Part shown: in pieces, positions 28,062 through 32,000 of the stretch | Position numbering within the stretch: position 1 is the first letter of the stretch | Layout: each line of letters begins with the position of its first letter | Source of the DNA: Acidothermus cellulolyticus 11B | GTDB lineage: Bacteria > Actinomycetota > Actinomycetes > Acidothermales > Acidothermaceae | Assembly: GCF_000015025.1 (NCBI RefSeq) | Contig: NC_008578.1 | Coordinates: forward strand, 540,001 to 572,000 | Reading direction: 5' to 3' | Length of the DNA: 32,000 bases | Made by a program: the position numbers and the translations under genes | The notes under the pieces: generated by a model | Database searches by the model: none | What the model was told of the DNA's origin: nothing | What the model saw: the letters and a program-made list of their open reading frames with translations, nothing else

Positions 28062-29044
28062 GATGCGAGCAACCGGCGCAGCGATTCCAGGCGTTGTGCG
28101 GCGGCGTGGCCGGCGGCCACCCAGCTGTCGAGCGCGCATCGGGCGGCTTCCGGGTCGAGCTCAGGATGCGGTTGGTGATCGCAGTCGCGCGGACAGTCGA
28201 CGGTTGCGGGCGCGAGGTCGGGGAAGGCGGCGACGACCCGCTCGACGTCCAGATGCGCCAAACCGAAGGACCGCACGCCGGGTGTGTCCACGACCCGCCC
28301 GCCGCCGGGTAGATCAAAGACCACGGTCGAGGTGGTGACGTGGCGCCCCTTGCCGGTGACCTCGTTGACCTCGGCGGTGGCACGACCGGCCCCGGGTACC
28401 AGTGCGTTGATCAGCGTGGATTTGCCCACTCCTGAGGCGCCCGCGAACACGGTCATCCGATCGCGGAGCAGCTCGGGCAGCTCCGGACCGGGTTGCCGGT
28501 TCGCCGTGACCACCATGGGCACCTCGAGTGGCCGGTACATGTCGAGGAGCGGCTGGGGATCTGCCAGATCCGCCTTGCTGAAGACGAGGACGACGTCCAG
28601 CCCGCCGTCAAATGCAGCGACGAGATACCGGTCGACCAGCCGCGGTTGCGGAGCTGGGTTCGCGACCGAGCAGACGACGGCCAGCTGGTCGGCATTCGCG
28701 ACGATCACCCGTTCCTCGGGGTCGGTGTCGTCTGCGCTGCGGCGGAGCACGGTACGCCGCGGGTCGACGCGGACGATTCGCGCGAGCGTATCCGGACGGC
28801 CGGACAAATCCCCAACCAGAGCGACGAAATCGCCGACCACGACCGGCGTACGACGCAGCTCCTTGGCACGAACGGCGATCACATCCCGTCCGTCGACCGC
28901 GCAGGTGAATCGTCCGCGGTCGACGGCGACGACCTGCCCGAGCCGGGCGTCGGGGTAGGTCGGTCGGAGCCGGCTGCGCGGGCGGGAACCCGGCCCCGGG
29001 CGGGTCCGGACATCCTCTTCCACGAGGTCGAGCCGTCGAGCCAT
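28034..29044 (-). CDS. rsgA: ribosome small-subunit-dependent GTPase A
   Basis: It has circularly permuted GTPase motifs (VFSKADL, GASGVGKSTLINAL, DTPGVRSFGL) and the C-terminal Zn motif C..DC.H..EP.C. Confidence 0.9.
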   Translation of the reverse strand: MARRLDLVEEDVRTRPGPGSRPRSRLRPTYPDARLGQVVAVDRGRFTCAVDGRDVIAVRAKELRRTPVVVGDFVALVGDLSGRPDTLARIVRVDPRRTVLRRSADDTDPEERVIVANADQLAVVCSVANPAPQPRLVDRYLVAAFDGGLDVVLVFSKADLADPQPLLDMYRPLEVPMVVTANRQPGPELPELLRDRMTVFAGASGVGKSTLINALVPGAGRATAEVNEVTGKGRHVTTSTVVFDLPGGGRVVDTPGVRSFGLAHLDVERVVAAFPDLAPATVDCPRDCDHQPHPELDPEAARCALDSWVAAGHAAAQRLESLRRLLASLQHREADR

Positions 29045-29046
29045 GC

Positions 29047-30318
29047 TCAGCGGAGCATTCCAGTCCAGAGCTCGACAAAGGTCGGCATTGTCTTTGCCAC
29101 GGTCTGGATGTTCTCCACAACAATTCCCGGGATAACGAGTCCGAGGACCGCGCCGGTGGTCGCCATCCGATGGTCCCCGTAACTGTGGAAGACTCCGCCG
29201 TGGAGCGGTCGCGGGCGGATCACCAGGCCGTCGTCGGTCGCTGTGACGTCGCCGCCGAGGCGGGTGAGCTCGGCGGCGAGAGCGGCCAGCCGATCCGTTT
29301 CGTGTCCGCGCATGTGACCGATGCCGCGGAACGTCGACGGCCGGTCGGCGAGCGCAGCCAGTGCGGCGAGGGTAGGGACGAGTTCGCTCACGTCACGCAG
29401 GTCGGCGTCCAGGCCGTGGATGACCGGGCCACCGGTCACGGTCAGACCCGTCGCGTCGAGTTCGCACCGCGCCCCCATGGCCGTCAGAAGGTCCCGGAGC
29501 GCGTCGCCGGCCTGGGTGGTTCGCATCGGCCAATCGGGAACCCGCACGCGGCCGCCGGTGACCAACGCGGCTGCAAGGAACGGCGCGGCATTCGACAGAT
29601 CCGGTTCGATCTGGACGGTTCCACCGCGGATCGGGCCCGGCTGCACCCGCCAGCTCCCGTCCGTGCCGGCGACCTCGACGCCGCGTTCGCGGAGCATCGC
29701 GACGGTCATCGTGATGTGCGGCACCGATGGAAGCGTTCGGCCGACGTGGCCCACCGTGACGGGGGTGTCCGCCCGCGGTGCGACGAGAAGGAGTGCGGAG
29801 ACGAATTGGCTGGACGCCGAGGCGTCCACGACGCAGTGACCGCCGGGAAGGTGCCCTGAGCCGACAACGGTGACCGGCAACCGGCCGCCGGTGTCGCGGA
29901 GCTCGGCGCCGAGTTGCCGCAGGGCGTCGAGGAGCGGGCGCAGCGGCCGCTCCCTGGCCCGCGGATCGCCGTCAAAAGAGACCTCGCCGGTCGCCAGGGT
30001 CGCCGCGGCAAGGAGGAATCGCATCACGGTGCCGGCGAGGCCACAGTCGATGGCGGCGGGACCGCGGAGTTCCGCGGGACTGACCAGCCACATGTCACCG
30101 GCGTCATCGATGCCCACGCCAAGGGAGCGCAACCCGGCCATCATGAGCTCGGTGTCGCGGGCGCGCAGGCCGCCACGGATTGCCGTGGGTTCGGCGGCCA
30201 ATGCGGCGAGCACGAGGGCCCGGTTGGTCATGGACTTGGAGCCGGGGAGGTGGACGACGGCGTCAACGCGTCCGGAGGCGGTTGGCGCAGGCCAACCCGT
30301 GAGCTCAGTCGTCGTCAC
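29047..30318 (-). CDS. aroA: 3-phosphoshikimate 1-carboxyvinyltransferase (EPSP synthase)
   Basis: [18 protein letters not shown] is the N-terminal signature, and the product is 423 aa. The start is GTG. The stop lies 2 nt from the rsgA start. Confidence 0.95.
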   Translation of the reverse strand: MTTTELTGWPAPTASGRVDAVVHLPGSKSMTNRALVLAALAAEPTAIRGGLRARDTELMMAGLRSLGVGIDDAGDMWLVSPAELRGPAAIDCGLAGTVMRFLLAAATLATGEVSFDGDPRARERPLRPLLDALRQLGAELRDTGGRLPVTVVGSGHLPGGHCVVDASASSQFVSALLLVAPRADTPVTVGHVGRTLPSVPHITMTVAMLRERGVEVAGTDGSWRVQPGPIRGGTVQIEPDLSNAAPFLAAALVTGGRVRVPDWPMRTTQAGDALRDLLTAMGARCELDATGLTVTGGPVIHGLDADLRDVSELVPTLAALAALADRPSTFRGIGHMRGHETDRLAALAAELTRLGGDVTATDDGLVIRPRPLHGGVFHSYGDHRMATTGAVLGLVIPGIVVENIQTVAKTMPTFVELWTGMLR

Positions 30319-30491
30319 CTCGGCACGCTTCCTGAAGGGTCGTTGGTCATTTTCTGATCATGCTAACAACTGCCGTCCACGCCCGCGCTGGGGCAGTTGT
30401 AGCGGGCTGGGACACGCACGCCACCCGCAGTTGGGTCCCCGCCCGCGCTCGGGCGGTTGGGAGCCGGCACGCGCTGGGGCAGTATGAAGGC

Positions 30492-31244
30492 ATGTGTGGA
30501 CGTTACGCCGCGACCCGGGATCCGGCTGATCTCGCAGCTGCCTTTCAGGTCGACGAGGTGGTCGCCGAGCGGGCGTTGCCGCCCCGGTACAACATCGCCC
30601 CGACCAATCCGGTGTACGCCGTCCTCGAGCGCCGAGAGAACGGCGAGCAGCTGCGCCGGGAGCTGCGTGTCCTCCGTTGGGGCCTTGTACCGTCCTGGGC
30701 CCGTGATCCGCGCATCGGGAATCGGCTCATCAATGCGCGAGCGGAGACGATTGCGGAGAAGCCCGCGTTCCGCCGCGCGTTCGCCGTCCGGCGTTGTCTT
30801 CTGCCGGCCGACGGGTACTACGAGTGGTTTCCCCTGGCGGGCGACGGCGGGCGTCGTCCCCGAAAACAGCCGTTCTTCATTCGGCCGCGGGACGGCGGTA
30901 TCTTGCCGATGGCCGGGTTGTACGAACTCTGGCGCGACCCTACTGATCCGGACGGCGAATGGCTCTGGACCTGTGTCGTCATCACCACTCGTGCCACCGA
31001 CGAGCTCGGGCGCTTGCACGATCGGATGCCGACTTTCGTCGCGCCGGACGATTGGGATCGCTGGCTCGACCCCCGGCTCGATACTCTGCAGGACATCGCG
31101 GCGCTGCTCCGACCGGCAGCACCTGGATGGCTGGAGGCATATCCCGTGTCGACGCTCGTCAATGATGTCCGCAACGACGGGCCGGCGCTCGTCGAGCCTG
31201 TCGCGCTGCCCGCTGACGTGAGTTCCGCGGGCATTCCGCTCTGA
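30492..31244 (+). CDS. SOS-response-associated peptidase (SRAP/YedK, abasic-site processing) family protein
   Basis: Trimmed to MCGRYAA.... The family requires Cys2 as the N-terminal nucleophile. It also has YNIAPT, LRWGLVPSW, NARAET and DGYYEW blocks. Confidence 0.85.
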   Translation: MCGRYAATRDPADLAAAFQVDEVVAERALPPRYNIAPTNPVYAVLERRENGEQLRRELRVLRWGLVPSWARDPRIGNRLINARAETIAEKPAFRRAFAVRRCLLPADGYYEWFPLAGDGGRRPRKQPFFIRPRDGGILPMAGLYELWRDPTDPDGEWLWTCVVITTRATDELGRLHDRMPTFVAPDDWDRWLDPRLDTLQDIAALLRPAAPGWLEAYPVSTLVNDVRNDGPALVEPVALPADVSSAGIPL

Positions 31245-31367
31245 CGCCGCGGCTCCGCACGGCATCTGCGCTTAGTCGCCGCTCTTGCTTCAGCCGCGCG
31301 AGGAGCCACGCAAGCAATCGACGAATCAACCTAGTGATCACGTGATGGGAAGGATGCTGGTGTAGCC

Positions 31368-31709
31368 GTGGATGTTCAGCAAGCCCGCCGGCAGCTGGAG
31401 GAGATGCTCGCCGAGCTCGACAAGTCCCTGGCCACGTTGAGCAATCAGCGCCCGGAATCTGAAGGGCACGGCACTCCCGGCGATGCGGATGCCGGGCTCG
31501 ATCTTGCAGACCACGCCCGGGCGACTGCACTGCTCGAGGTGGCCCAGGAGCAGCGGCGTCAAGTGCTGGAGGCGCTGCAGCGGATTGAGAACGGGACATA
31601 TGGGCTCTGCGTGAGCTGTGGTGCGCCGCTGCCTGAGGGACGGCTGGAGGCGAAGCCGGAGGCGGCCCGGTGCCTGAGTTGCCAGGCCAAGCTCGAAGCG
31701 GGCCGTTGA
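31368..31709 (+). CDS. TraR/DksA-family C4 zinc-finger protein
   Basis: It has an N-terminal coiled-coil and then the zinc finger GLCVSCGAPLPEGRLEAKPEAARCLSC (CxxC-x17-CxxC). The start is GTG. Confidence 0.75.
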   Translation: MDVQQARRQLEEMLAELDKSLATLSNQRPESEGHGTPGDADAGLDLADHARATALLEVAQEQRRQVLEALQRIENGTYGLCVSCGAPLPEGRLEAKPEAARCLSCQAKLEAGR

Positions 31710-32000
31710 CCGCAGGTCGCGCGACGACATCGCATGGTCGGGCGGTGCCGTGCGGCCGGCGGCCGAGCCGGATCGCCGGAGCGGGAATTGATCGCACCGG
31801 TCCGGCGTTGGTGGCGGACGTGGTGACCGCCCCGAGGTGTTCCGCTACGACCGGCGTGTGGACCGTGCGCGGCCGGGTAAGTGCTCCCGTACCAGCGGGC
31901 GGAGCGTGCTCGGGGACGCGGCAACTCGCGGCCGTGCATCCGGTATCGCGGACAATGGTGCAAGCCGTGCCGGCAGACCACAGGCCTCAGTCGGCGACGA

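Noticed and set aside
31989-32000. Possible 3' end of a minus-strand gene (tca at 31989..31991) running off the window
   Set aside because: Only three codons are visible, which is not enough to support a feature.

Overview
High-GC (about two-thirds G+C or more by eye), gene-dense actinobacterial-type chromosome segment. I found no rRNA, tRNA, IS/transposase, integrase, phage or CRISPR features. Left third, minus strand: narH (runs off the window) and narG, which carries one in-frame TAG. Upstream lie a helical hypothetical, a DUF2249 gene and a divergent polytopic membrane protein. Next comes a lower-GC ORFan islet. After it sit a DosS/DevS-like kinase with a single haem-type GAF domain, a membrane protein, a DosR/DevR-like regulator and a universal stress protein. 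Middle: a PatA-type protein acetyltransferase (GNAT plus NDP-forming acyl-CoA synthetase) divergent from a phosphoketolase-acetate kinase operon. Then a dsrE-tusA-sqr sulfide/persulfide operon, a secreted C-terminally anchored protein, a YaaH/SatP-type acetate channel and a stand-alone EAL protein. Right third is housekeeping: a yceI/marR divergent pair, an aroA-rsgA-hisN-CBS operon, an SRAP (YedK-like) peptidase and a DksA/TraR zinc-finger protein. My overall reading is a hypoxia / nitrate / acetyl-phosphate (dormancy-type) neighbourhood next to core genes. It does not look like a defence or mobile island, and I cannot point to a clear novel multi-gene system. The points most worth a second look are: the amber-interrupted narG; the regulator-USP-acetyltransferase-acetyl-phosphate gene neighbourhood with DosR-box-like palindromes; the dsrE-tusA-sqr operon with 27-bp direct repeats; a 41-bp x3 tandem repeat; and the lower-GC ORFan islet. 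Long ORFs antisense to confident genes are treated as high-GC shadow ORFs. Most ORF-track starts (ATG/GTG/TTG, longest form) were trimmed where an RBS or family N-terminus argued for a later start.
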